Origin: Phoronis australis
Taxonomy: Eukaryota; Animalia; Phoronida
Length of the DNA stretch: 64,000 nt
Reading direction: 5' to 3'
Assembly: GCA_002633005.1 (NCBI GenBank)
Contig: NMRA01000406.1
Span: 128,862 to 192,861 of the forward strand
This document shows positions 51,301 to 60,841 of this stretch, piece after piece. The translations under genes and the position numbers were made by a program. The notes under the pieces were generated by a model that saw nothing but the letters and a program-made list of their open reading frames with translations, did no database searches and was not told where the DNA came from. The stretch's first letter is position 1, and each line of letters begins with the position of its first letter.

Positions 51301-54300
51301 AGAGCTTCAATATGGCAAAGTATCATTCTAGTACTACGCATCATCTTAGGAAAACTGACAACTCATCTGTTTGCCATATCGTGTCCTAAACTGGTGAGAT
51401 TTCAGCACAAGTAAAAGGACAAGACATGGTGGTTCCAACCCATTTTGATTGGTAATAAGGCCAAACAAGTCTGCTGAAACCATGCAACCCATATCAACAT
51501 GACAACCTACCTAAATTAACAGCACTGTATCACTGACACACGTGTGATAGCACTCGTGACACATATGAATGACCCATAAACTGTGCAGAAAAAAATAGCG
51601 AGCTGTTTCTAAAAAATGCTTCGCCATTGTTAACAATGTATTTACAACTTTAAATTAGGCAATGCAAGTCCACTTAGACTACAGAGAACAGAGAATATGG
51701 AAACTGTGTAAAACTCCGCACCTTCTCCTCCAGAGCTTGTTCAACCATCTCCTTCTCAGCAAGACTCTCCTTCATACTATGTTCCACTTTATGAAGTTTG
51801 CTGATCTCTCCCTGTAATTCCCGCTCTCGCCCCTCTGCCCTCTCCACGACTGAGTTCAATTGCTCCTTCAACATCCTCTCAGACAACTCCAGTTCACCAA
51901 CACGCTCCTTCACACTCAACTCGGACACTAATAACTTATCAACTTGTTGCCGAAGTGACGTAATTTCATTTTCACCAGAATCACCGTCTTTAATCTGAGT
52001 TAACTGCTCAACATGAGTCCTGAGGTTCAAAACCTCAGCCATGAGGCCGTCGTTTTGAGTTTCTAGTTCACTTATCACAGATGCTTTTTGTGCAACATCA
52101 CTCTCTACAAATTTATAATGTTCCAGTTCATCTTCCCGTAATCTCAACTTTTCTCTGAGCATTGCTAAATCGTTCTCCAACTCTGAATTTTTATCAAGAA
52201 TTTCTTCTTCTTTCTGTTCCAATGAAAAACTGTGCCGGCGTAGCTTCTCCGTGCTCTCCGTATATTGCTGGTGAATCTTCTCATTTTCCAGCCTCATTGT
52301 TGTAACGTTGTTATTCAACAAATTAACCTCCGCTTCTAGAGAGTAATTTTTTTCCAACAAGTCAAGTTCATTCTCTTCAAATTGTTCTATTCGCTTCTGC
52401 ATGGCTGCCAGTTGACTCTCCAGTTGAATATTTTTCTCCGTGAGTTCACTCTCTGACCTCTCATGCTCATCAACTTGTGCCTGCAACAATCAAGTATAAA
52501 GTAACAAATCATCATTTGAACAAATTGGTATTGAACTAATTGGTAGCTATACATTGAACCCCATAGGTAGCAGTTCCGTCCACTATTGCGACTATTTAAT
52601 CAGGTAGAATAAACAAGAACCAATTCACATGCAAGTGCATGGAAGATTAAGGCTGGCAGTTAAAGCTAATATTTTTTAAAGATATCAGTTGGATTCCCAC
52701 ACACTCACCTTTACTTCTAACCACTACTACGCTCAATTTTGGAACATATTTAAAAGTGCAACATTCATGTGCTGATAGCAGATTTATTATCACACCATTT
52801 ACTTGATACTTTGAGAGAAAATTGCATATTATTGTCGAGTATCGTAGAGCACAAGGCATTTTTTTTACTGTACCTAGTTCTCTACCAAGTTAGTGTACTG
52901 CATATGCCCGACTAAAAACTGTAGACTCGTAAATTGAATAAAAAGCAACAAATTTTCTCATTTCCCAAAATTCATTAATGCTACATAATGTCTGTATGAA
53001 CGTCCATGACCAAGGAATGCTGGGAGTTGTCAGACTTCCCATCATCAAGGATCACTTCTAACCTTGGATAGCTGGTGAACAGAGCCATAGTTTAAATGCA
53101 GGTACATGGTAAAATATGGTTCACTCTCTTGTAATTTTGAGAAGAGGAAAACCTTGTATATTTTCATTTTATCAAGAACAAATAGGGTCAAAACACTACA
53201 CCCAGACACGACATTAGTAGTAGTAGTAGTAGTAGTAGTAGTACTATTCCCCTCTACACTCAGATATGTGATCCATTCAGTCACCTGTAGGGACTGTACC
53301 ATAGTGACGGTTTGCCGATCACTCTCAGATGTACATTACATTTACTCACCTGTAGAGACTGTACCATAGTGATGGTGTGCCGATCACTCTCAGCCAACGA
53401 CTGCTCCTCCTGGTGGTTGCTCAGCTGTTCTGTCAGTTCACCATTCTCCCTCTGAAGACGTTCCATCTTCTCAGTCAACTGTTGAATGGTATTCTCTAGA
53501 TCATGTACCGTCTGTGAAAGCAATGAACACGAAACAGTTCAAATTCAGACCTCCATACTGAAGCCATTCTCATGAGTTGAAATCACCTACCGTGATATAC
53601 TTTCTAAACATCAGTGAAATAGGTTGAAGGCAGGGTCTTCAACTAATCTTGTGTACAAGAGGGGCTACTTCCAAATTACACTAAAAACAACGAAAATATG
53701 TCATCCACCCCAACTTTTTTGAGAATTGAGAAGAAAGTTGGCTATGGGTCGTGAGAACTATAGCTCACATGAATTGAATCACTGACTTTACAATTGTGTT
53801 TCAGGAGCTTAAACCATTAAACCACTGAGAAGTCATATCAACACAAACTGTTAGTAGGGCCAACAGATAAAAAACCAAGACACACAACGCCACTTAAAGG
53901 ATTAAGACTTTCAACAGACATTTAGAATCAAATGGTATGAAAAGCATGTTTGAGACTTTCATCTTAGAGACTTAATAAATCCTTTGTATCAAATCAATTT
54001 ATATCAAACCAATGGTTTATTTCTGAGTGGGTAGATTCACCAACACCAGGTCATTGTGACGTATGTTGACAAGTGTCACCTGTTCTGACTTCTTTAGTTC
54101 GTCCATCTTCACATCCACAAATGTACTTTCATAACTCTGCCCCTTTAGTGTCGAGTCCAGCCTCCTTTTCAATTCGTCCAGTTCATGTTTGTACCTTGCC
54201 TCCGTCTTCTCATTAAACTCCTTGGTATACTTGTAAACAGCCTCAGACTGCCTTAAGGAGGATACTTCTGTTTCAAGTTTGGTCACTTGCTACAAGCAGA

Positions 54301-57300
54301 TACCAATTACATGTTATAACAACATCAAACCACTTTTTCAACAAGGGACACAACTATTTGTGAATGGGAGGTGAAATAATATGTAACACTAGTGAAACAC
54401 GATGAGAATGGGTTTATGTCAATGGCATACAACTTGCTCCAGCATCTAAATGTGAGGTGTTGCTTCTACAAAAGCATTTCCATTCTAGTAATGATGTTAG
54501 CCACTTCTGATTCTTACAATGTACTTCACAGATTATAATAAAGGCACAGCTTGAAAGTTCTCAACTGCAGATCTATTCACAAAAATAGTTTCGGCTGGAA
54601 CACAGTAGTCTCTGCAGGCCTGTGACTAGCATGAAGCACACAGACCAGGTGATTCTGACTCTGGTTATTTATTACAGAACGGGTAAAACATTACAAATTT
54701 AACAAAGTTCTGATATTTGGCCTTGCATGGGTCGAAGGTTAAAGTTCAAACTGATCTGACCTTACAAATGCTGGGAGTGAGAACAAAGATAACTGGAGGT
54801 TAGATAAATGTTAATTCAAGCCAATAAACAATAATTATTTACAAAACATAACTTTATGAGAAAAAATAGAAAGGTCGATAACCATCACATTAAAAAGTGA
54901 ACAATATTTTGAACCAACGGCTTTATATAGTCCTAGAAAATTACCCTTTCTAGCCAACACTAGTAATCAGCAAACAAATAACTGAACTCAATGATAATTT
55001 TAGGGAAAAGGAATTCAAAATGATTCGAGATTCTCAACCATAGGGTTCTCCACTTCTTAAAATTGAAAGCTAGTTAAGTGTCTGAAAGAAAAAGTAGTTT
55101 GGGGATGAGTACAGGCCCTTTCATACTAACGTGATGTCAACGTTTTTGGGAGTTGCAGTCAGTATGAACGGTTAACTACGATCCTGGATCGAAGTTAACA
55201 GCACCAATTAGCTTCGAAGTAAACAGGTGGATTGGACAGCAGAGCGTCGACGCTGCGGTGCAGTGTGAACGGTCAAGTCCGGTCTCCTCCAAGAGATGCC
55301 ACTGTTATATCGCCAACAATAAAGAGCAGTGTGGTCACTAATAGTTGCTTATATTTTGCTCGAATAATGACCAACTGAATTAGAAATAAGTTTTATGTCA
55401 ATTAGTACATGTAAATATTCCCAAATTGTCACATAAAAAAATCGTGATGCATCAGCACTACCTTGTGATTACTTCGATGACAACAGCGTCACCTGCCGTT
55501 TACTTCGATGTCCGTTAACTACTGCAGCTGGTATGATCGGTTCAGTTAACTTTGCAGTTTATGTAGACACGCCGCTCAGACCGCAGGAAGTGTCCCAAAT
55601 CCATTGTCTTAGCAATTGCAGTAACTCAAAAATCTTGAGAAATTTAGAGGTCATTCCCTACAGTTGGTGAGATCTTTACTATTTCTCTAAACTGAGTGGA
55701 GTAAAATAAGAGCTAGTTTAGCACAAGACACAAAAGGATATTACAGGTTGGGACTGTCTCTAAGATTTGGGACACCGAAATTCAAGCCTAAATTGAATTT
55801 TCTTGATTCTGAAGATTGGGGCATGGAGGATTTTGGCATTCATTGTATTTGTCAAATATCAAACACTGAGTTTTTAAATGATTTATAGGATTCAGTTGCA
55901 AAGAACTAACAGTTCATTATTCTTGAAGACTAATTGCTCCGCATACAAAATGGCATGCCATGACAATTCAACTTGTAAAACCTGGTCTCAAGCAATATGA
56001 TGAACTATCAGTTCTTTGGAAGCTCTGGAATCACTTTCAATTTCACAAAAGAACAATTTGAGACCAATTCTACAAAAGCAAGTGGTCTAATTAAAAATCT
56101 GGATTTTGTGATAAAAGACAGATTTACAGTAGCTGTAACATAAGCTGCCTAAATAAATTTAAAAAGGAGGAAAAGAAAGCTAGATTATCAGTGGGTAACT
56201 TCAATTGTTACGGAAGCGTTAGACGGGGAGCCCAGCACAACATAGTGGGAATGAGGATAACTGCATGAACTTTTATTTGAACACACATTGTTTGCTTGAG
56301 AATTTATGTCTAGTGCTTGTTCGATCAGGGTCCTAGCAATTGGAACTTGGCAGTGATGGGGTCAACATGACACCAACAACCACTAGGAAGCTCTGTTCCA
56401 AGAAGCCTAGAAGGAATGACTTAGCAATAGCACAGGCTCAGTTGAAAGTTCTGTTGCACCACGTCATACTCCAGGTTGACATTAATATTCTCAGTTTGAC
56501 AATAATACGTTAGGTCTTCAAAAATTGCTACCCACCAAAACACATGAGGAAACAGTAACAACTTCCACTATACAAATTAAGCTTCTTTGATCAGAAAACG
56601 GTATAAGCATACAAAACAAGACACCACAAGGCTTGCTGCCCACTTTGACCTAGTTCAATAGGTTGTTACTCCAGTGACAAAGCTGTAGTCATGGTAATTA
56701 AGTCAACATGAGGATTTATTGTTCAACAGTGTTGTTATGATAATTTATTCAGCATGGCAACCCAGGAGTTAACAATGCAATGCACAGTGGGCCACCACAC
56801 ACACTGGGTATCTCCAGGATCTCTTTCAAAACAATCCATTAGTAATCTAAGTAATTTACCACCCAACTCTTTCTGAAAGTATAATACTGTCCATTGCAAG
56901 TCAGTCACAGACTACAAATACCACCTAAGGTTCACATGACAGCAGTTTTGCTACTAAAAAGTTTTTTGACAAGTGATCAATATATGAAATATTTCAACAT
57001 TCCCTATAAGGACAAAAAGTAATTGCAGGCGGTCTGGTACACATTGCACATATACCACACCTGTGCAGGCCGCTCAAGTAGGCCAATTGCACTGATCACT
57101 GCACCATTTTTATGCTTCATTAATACATATATAGTGAAAACTGAGTTGAGAAGCTTGAGACCTGACTCAAGGGTCTAGCAGTATGCCCCAGTGGGACTTG
57201 GACCCACAACCTTGACTAAAGGAAGTGAACACTTAGGCCACTAGGCCGCACTGCCTCCTAAGGGGAAAAATTGAGAAACTGGTGACAATTGGCCCACATT

Positions 57301-60300
57301 TTCCATATATGTGACCGTGCCAGGGTAAGCAAAATCATCTCAAACGAGCTCCCACGGAGGGTTACCATTGTCACTCTTAGCAATAAGGTAAATGACCACC
57401 ATATAGGTACTGTAACTAATATAGAAGTTAAAGACAGGCCTCCACTGGTTGCATCATTCCTGGAGGTTACGATTGCTCGCTCATGAGACCTTCATTAGTT
57501 TTTGGTGCCAATTCTTATGATTAAATTCTTTATTCAATATCTGACAGGCACAGGTTTGACTACATACCTGTACTCTGTGATGGTCTTATCTACAGGTTAT
57601 TGACTAGTAACAAAGAAATAACCACCAAGTTCTAAAGCTTAGCTAAATGTTGGCCAAGACTGAATAACGGACAGACTGACTAGTGTATCCTTATGCAAGT
57701 CATCTTTATACCCTGGCCCTTGTAACAAGGTCTGATAATGGCAACTTACATTATCCAATATTTTACCAAACAATAATCTAACAGCTTACCAAACAACTGG
57801 TTTTAAAACTCCATCAACAGAACTAATTTATTTCACATTCAAAAGAAGTTTACCTGTAACACTCAGTCACCCTTATCTCAATCCTGATCTGCCTACTTCA
57901 TAACTGACAGTTCACAATGTCCACAGCAGGCTGTTACATAACCATCATATCCCATTCAAAGACAGTTTGAATACAATAGAAGACTGTTTAACACTAGCAA
58001 GTGTGAACCTCAATACAGTCATAGAGTTATGATTACAGTAGGAAGATTAAATTTCACCAGGTAAATTGACATAGTGCTTAGGTCAATGGAAATAGGTCAA
58101 AGTGCAATATCTCCTTTGAAAACAAAACAGACATCAGGGCTGGTTCAGATTAATAGTGGAATGAACATGATCATAATCCAAACTAGAAAAATGTAGGGAT
58201 TAGCAACAGCCAATATACATAATAAGTGAATCAACAAAAGTGTATTTGCTTATTGTCATCAATAGTAAAAATGGGCAGACCAGGAGAATTTAGGATATAA
58301 GGTGGTGTTAAATTGTCAGGCAATGATGTCACTCGTTTGTAAAGACCAAGTTATCATAAATTACAACATTAAGATTGCAGTTGGCAATGGTACTGGCAAC
58401 TGGAGGTGTAGTGATGAAAGTTATTAGCAACAGTCACTGTGGGCGTAAGTTGGGTGTGAGTTGGGCAGGCTGGTGAAGAGGGTATGATCATGTTTGGCAA
58501 CTTTGTAATCACTGCCAGGAGCACACCTGAGTGAGCAAGGACATTGCAAATTATGTTTCTTAAATATGTTAGCAACAAAACTTGTCGGGAATTTTTGAGG
58601 TCTTGTAGCCTCAAGTCAGATGTTAATAAAATGACTTCCTTTTTTTAAGTGAAGGGATGTCATGACACTTCAATGACAGCAGAATTCGGAGTCTACAAGG
58701 ATTTCGATGGAACTCTCAGACATGTTGGGGCAGGTGATAAAATAGACACTAAATTCGCTTAATTGTTTCATGTGAAAAATGTCATGCCTGAGGAAGTCAT
58801 AAATATATGGGTATTATCTTCATGCACACAAAAAAAATCTGTGAATTTTAAAATAGATAGTATTATTGGAAAACTCTGACTACAAGTTTTGTCTTGTAAA
58901 AGTTATTTACGTGAAATTTGATCCTTGTTAACAAAGTAGTTGACAGTGGCCTGTAACAGTACAAGAGATTCTGAATCTGGTTTTAAATAGGGATGAATCA
59001 ACTTCATTCAAAAACAAGGGCACTGATGATTTCTGAGATGCTTGTGTTTATATTAGAAATGCAACAACATTTTCAAGACAAGTTTCAGAAGCAGTCTCAC
59101 CTTAAGTATGACACCAGCCCAGATCCAAGCATTCCTTTAGCAGTAATCGCCAACTGTCACGCTAGGGGTGCTTCAAGCAACCCTAGCGTGACAGTAACAA
59201 TTTTACTCAGCAGCATCCCTAGCCTGACAGTAACAATTCTACTCAGCACCCCTACCCTGACAGTATCAATCCTACTCAGCACCCCTAGCCAACAGTAACA
59301 ATTCCACTAAGCACCCCTAGCCTGACAGTAACAATTCTACTCAGCACCCCTAGCCTGACAGTAACATTACTCAGCACCCCTAGCCTGACAGTAACAATTC
59401 CACTCAGCACCCCNCCCTAGCCTGACAGTAACAATTCCACTCACCTCCCCTAGCCAGACAGTAACAATTCCACTCAGCACCCCCAGCCAGACAGTAACAA
59501 TTCCACTCAGCACCCCTAGCCGACAGTAACAATGCTACTCACGCCCCTAGCTTGACAGTAACAATTCTACTCAGTATGAAGTGTGAAGCACAAAACAATT
59601 TCTTTACACAACCTCACTGGATGCAGTTCATTCGTTATTGCCCTCAGAGAAACAGTATCAACGATGTGACTTAAAAGTTACCAATAGAGATTTTTCTTTT
59701 GTCTTTCCATGAAATAACATCTTTTTTCAATCATATGACCTTTAGATTAATAACAAAACTACTCAAATGAAGCCACCAATGTCAGCACATCAAATTCCTC
59801 TATTGACAACGCAGGTTCAATTATAGTATATAGCATACATTAACTAGCATACCAAAATCTCACTTGCATACTAAAATTTACACATCAAATCTTGTTGAGA
59901 ATATGACCATGAAACATTAATATTCAAGAAATGAAAACAAAACAACTGTAACTGGATACCTCCTTCCTTGATGTGACATTTCGCATATCACTCACTTCTG
60001 CAGCCCAACTGTTTGGTCTACACTAACTGCAAGGGAGGTGCACACTGAACAATATCTACCATATAAAGAATCTATATTTATGGCCTAGTAAAACCTATAG
60101 AAAAGTACATACAAAAGCAGGCATTCACTGCATCAAACCTATTTGGTGTATTCTGATCTAACCTAAGCCTAATTTGAACCAAAGCCATGTTTACATTGCA
60201 CTGGAGTGAGAAATAATTAGCAATAGGGTAGGTAGATGCTAGACTGGTCAAAAATAACAAAGCCACAAAGGAATGTTATTTTGGGTTAAATAATAGACAG

Positions 60301-60841
60301 ACATGGGGCACTTTATACTCTCCCAATATATAAAAGATACAGAAATATCAAAGGGGAGTACAGCCCCCTGAAACCCCAAATGTGGCTGAGGAAGGAGTGC
60401 GACATTATGCCTTGACCACCTCAGAAGTGGCCGAGGTGAGGTGGTCTATACCTCAAAGTTAACCAAATGTTTTGTATGTGATGCACTGATATGAATGTGT
60501 CTTTCACCTTTGCAAAAGCTACCCAAGGCCATGCGTCCTTTCATTCTCTAACGTTTGCCAAAATGACTAATTTGTTTCCTCAGATAAGTCACAATCATAA
60601 GACCGCCTACATCTGTAAAAAAATTGATAAAAAATAGACGTAGTGGATGCGCAATTGAAAACTTTGTGAAAGCTTCAAAACCAGTCAAAAATGGTAAAAG
60701 CAAGGATCTAGGAACTTCACTTCAGAAGAATTTGAAAAAGATTCAATTCACCTGTTGATACTCCAAGAGCTTGTTACGTGTCACTTCAAACTCTAAGACA
60801 ATGTCTGGCGAGACCCCAGTGGCAGCAGAAAGCAACTCCGC
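12156..60841 (-). CDS. Giant coiled-coil protein with RIM-binding protein (RIMBP)-like SH3-FN3-SH3 C-terminus; at least 31 exons, about 3,559 aa, 5' end uncertain
   Basis: 31 exons with consistent phases sum to 10,680 nt with no internal stop. SH3 domains have the RIMBP-type extended RT loop (ALYDYNPMEHSPNAYPAFELPF...DGFYHGEIHGRRGLVPASF). FN3 has the RIMBP-like pattern VLLSWELP...GRSN..VVSGYKIFVNG. Confidence 0.8.
12742..12876 (-). CDS. RIMBP-like exon, second SH3 (FIALYDYNP...GFYHGE)
   Basis: cacag| ... GAG|gtgagt, 135 nt, phase 0-0; not in ORF track. Confidence 0.92.
13526..13798 (-). CDS. RIMBP-like exon, C-terminal half of FN3 plus linker
   Basis: ttgcag|ATC ... CTG|gtatgt, 273 nt, phase 0-0. 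Confidence 0.9.
14350..14480 (-). CDS. RIMBP-like exon, N-terminal half of FN3 (LPDVPRNFRL...SGYK)
   Basis: caacag| ... AAG|gtgaga, phase 1-0. Confidence 0.9.
14843..15079 (-). CDS. RIMBP-like exon, Pro/His/Ser-rich linker
   Basis: tttcag|CA (NAGNAG acceptor) ... G|gtagga, phase 1-1. Confidence 0.8.
15395..15587 (-). CDS. RIMBP-like exon, linker (SLEHVDGMPEQIL...GIDP)
   Basis: gttgtag|TCC ... CCAG|gtatgt, phase 0-1. Confidence 0.82.
16324..16917 (-). CDS. RIMBP-like exon containing the first SH3 (YRVIADYNP...GLVPANYLQPV)
   Basis: tttcaag|GGA ... CAG|gtacgt, 594 nt, phase 0-0; SH3 signature ELSLKEGE and GLVPANY. Confidence 0.92.
17178..17330 (-). CDS. RIMBP-like gene exon (DELIRLL...VSPE)
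   Basis: ttcctag|GAT ... GAG|gtatgc, phase 0-0. Confidence 0.82.
17636..17731 (-). CDS. RIMBP-like gene exon (YNEMERVMH...KCKQR)
   Basis: tttacag|TAT ... AGG|gtgaga, phase 0-0. Confidence 0.82.
17899..18357. repeat. Minisatellite, 29-30 bp unit (GGACATAGATTGGTCCCTAATCCAGACAA), about 15 copies
   Basis: Direct tandem repeats visible, degenerating toward 18357. Confidence 0.95.
18601..19137. repeat. Minisatellite, about 64 bp unit (GATGTGATTACATGACTACGGTAGAGAATGTGATGGACAGAGTGCATGGCAACACAATGTCCAG), about 8 diverged copies
   Basis: Unit starts at 18901, 18965 and 19029. Confidence 0.9.
21382..21504 (-). CDS. Coiled-coil exon (TKSEEALFRDN...KLVKSR), probable GC donor
   Basis: cacaaag|ACG ... 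CGG|gcaagt, phase 0-0; a weaker alternative donor CTG|gtcaaa would end the exon at 21394. Confidence 0.75.
22318..22494 (-). CDS. Coiled-coil exon (HASLVETH...DVEKK)
   Basis: ttctgcag|CAT ... AAG|gtaagt, phase 0-0. Confidence 0.88.
22856..23041 (-). CDS. Coiled-coil exon (NNELERMQQ...LKDE)
   Basis: gttttag|AAC ... GAG|gtaatg, phase 0-0. Confidence 0.88.
23130..23340. repeat. Degenerate GC-rich tandem repeat, about 20-22 bp unit (CCCCAGTACAGGAGGG)
   Basis: Recurrent cccagtacagg/cccagcacagg motif, about 10 copies. Confidence 0.75.
23954..24082 (-). CDS. Exon SLVAPIVFNRV...ELVAK (copy A of a duplicated exon)
   Basis: ttgcag|TCG ... AAG|gtttgt, 129 nt, phase 0-0. Confidence 0.75.
24470..24961. 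other. Assembly gap (492 N)
   Basis: Run of N. Confidence 1.
25057..25185 (-). CDS. Exon SPVAPIVFNRV...ELVAK (copy B of the duplicated exon)
   Basis: Same splice sites as 23954-24082; CTG to CCG (L/P) difference. Confidence 0.7.
25499..25588 (-). CDS. Exon VSRLQLKVREKEEQIRLQGVTKQESPSQSK
   Basis: actgaag|GTA ... AAG|gtcagt, 90 nt, phase 0-0; a partial second copy at 24396-24469 runs into the gap. Confidence 0.78.
26755..26919 (-). CDS. Coiled-coil exon (SLETQLKIV...ELRQE)
   Basis: ctgcag|AGC ... GAG|gtggga, phase 0-0. Confidence 0.85.
27287..28114 (-). CDS. Large Pro/Ser/Asp-rich, probably disordered exon (SPSSSG...ERQIK)
   Basis: ctttcag|TCC ... AAG|gtcagt, 828 nt open frame, phase 0-0. 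Confidence 0.88.
30636..30775 (-). CDS. Exon (A)STFKSTKYTSAINEFAELLQQH...ETVMQ
   Basis: tttttcag| ... CAG|gtaaca, phase 1-0; not in ORF track. Confidence 0.72.
32846..32915 (-). CDS. Small exon ATQCSPLHTLSPSTQATGNKGTS
   Basis: tttgcag|GCT ... G|gtgagt, phase 0-1; supplies exactly the phase change needed for exon 30636-30775. Confidence 0.68.
35441..35512 (-). CDS. Small coiled-coil exon EKATLKVNYEQQKIQLQELRRQLE
   Basis: gttgtag|GAA ... GAG|gtgagt, 72 nt, phase 0-0. Confidence 0.82.
36723..36890 (-). CDS. Coiled-coil exon (IDLLREHEQ...NLILK)
   Basis: catgcag|ATT ... AAG|gtaaat, phase 0-0. Confidence 0.87.
36980..37830. mobile_element. Degenerate interspersed repeat; its start is shared with 28240-28340
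   Basis: TAAAACAAGAG...AAATGT..CCA.GACTG.AC...TGGT.T.CTT.TA.GG aligns between about 36983-37050 and 28243-28310; boundaries and family uncertain. Confidence 0.4.
38100..38291 (-). CDS. Coiled-coil exon (ALTQTELENEN...LHAQ)
   Basis: ttgcag|GCT ... CAG|gtaggt, phase 0-0. Confidence 0.87.
38653..39442 (-). CDS. Coiled-coil exon (FELTEESLY...VENK)
   Basis: gttcag|G ... AAG|gtgagt, 790 nt, phase 2-0. Confidence 0.92.
40053..40186 (-). CDS. Coiled-coil exon (ISDLEHDREEL...EQVDR)
   Basis: ctacag|ATC ... AG|gtaatc, phase 0-2; not in ORF track. Confidence 0.87.
40532..40747 (-). CDS. Coiled-coil exon (LDELKQY...LRHQ)
   Basis: tttacag|TTG ... CAG|gtcagc, phase 0-0. Confidence 0.88.
41024..41321 (-). 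CDS. Coiled-coil exon (FRDHAGD...LQEK)
   Basis: tttctag|A ... AAG|gtgagg, phase 2-0. Confidence 0.87.
41525..43019. repeat. Tandem duplication (41525-42421 / 42423-43019) joined by a single N; copy 1 has an extra segment of about 300 bp; probable haplotype artefact
   Basis: Near-identical copies; N at 42422 at the junction; 41631-41930 is absent from copy 2. Confidence 0.85.
45786..46027. mobile_element. MITE-like element of about 240 bp with about 50 bp TIRs, flanked by TA
   Basis: TA-TGTTGTGAGTGAAATCAACTTACTCGTAGACCTTGGAGT...GTTCGAACGT is mirrored at 45979-46027; perfect apart from a 6 bp duplication in the left arm. Confidence 0.85.
46304..46828. repeat. Minisatellite, 40 bp unit (TGCCAGACCAGCATGTCCCTCCACCAATCAACACACAATC), about 13 copies
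   Basis: Exact 40 bp periodicity; explains the repetitive + strand ORFs at 46283-47005. Confidence 0.97.
46829..47013 (-). CDS. Coiled-coil exon (NFDYDDKLRSIV...QRRHR)
   Basis: ttttcag|AAC ... AG|gttggt, phase 0-2. Confidence 0.85.
47204..50656 (-). CDS. Giant 3,453 bp coding exon, 1,151 aa of acidic coiled coil
   Basis: atttcag|GTA ... CAG|gtacgt, uninterrupted ORF, E/K/L/Q-rich heptads, phase 0-0. Confidence 0.95.
51722..52480 (-). CDS. Coiled-coil exon (AQVDEHERSE...LEEK)
   Basis: ttgcag|GCA ... AAG|gtgcgg, 759 nt, phase 0-0. Confidence 0.92.
53215..53241. repeat. (TAG)n microsatellite, about 9 copies
   Basis: Directly visible. Confidence 0.95.
53350..53511 (-). CDS. Coiled-coil exon (TVHDLENTIQQ...QSLQ)
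   Basis: ttcacag|ACG ... CAG|gtgagt, phase 0-0. Confidence 0.88.
54080..54289 (-). CDS. Coiled-coil exon (QVTKLETEV...KSEQ)
   Basis: cttgtag|CAA ... CAG|gtgaca, phase 0-0. Confidence 0.86.
55114..55573. mobile_element. Degenerate CpG-rich non-autonomous DNA-transposon-like insert with GGC...GCC ends
   Basis: Ends GGCCCTTTCATAC and ATGTAGACACGCC; internal inverted segments CGAAGTAAACAGGTG and CACCTGCCGTTTACTTCG; repeated GTTAAC motifs; resemblance to PIF/Harbinger is inference. Confidence 0.4.
57160..57258 (-). mobile_element. tRNA-derived SINE head (degenerate)
   Basis: Minus strand reads GGAGGCAGTGCGGCCTAGTGG (A-box-like) ... GGTTGTGGGTCCAAGTCCCAC (B-box-like) at tRNA-like spacing; no intact acceptor stem. 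Confidence 0.6.
59178..59575. repeat. Minisatellite, about 33 bp unit (CACCCCTAGCCTGACAGTAACAATTCTACTCAG), about 12 copies, internal N at 59414
   Basis: Direct tandem repeats visible. Confidence 0.95.
60752..60841 (-). CDS. Exon AELLSAATGVSPDIVLEFEVTRNKLLEYQQ
   Basis: ccttcag|GCG ... CAG|gtgaat, 90 nt, phase 0-0; continues the heptad pattern into the next exon. Confidence 0.75.

Noticed and set aside
47262-51998. Ser/Phe/Leu-rich + strand ORFs (also 38981-39328 and 27315-28118)
   Set aside because: Antisense shadows of Glu/Lys-rich coding exons
57160-57258. Functional tRNA gene
   Set aside because: B-box is degenerate and no convincing cloverleaf or acceptor stem forms; treated as a SINE
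59101-59153. Candidate minus-strand exon ending AG|gtgaga next to the 33 bp minisatellite
   Set aside because: Ends in phase 2 while the next acceptor is phase 0, and its acceptor is poor; at most a non-coding alternative leader
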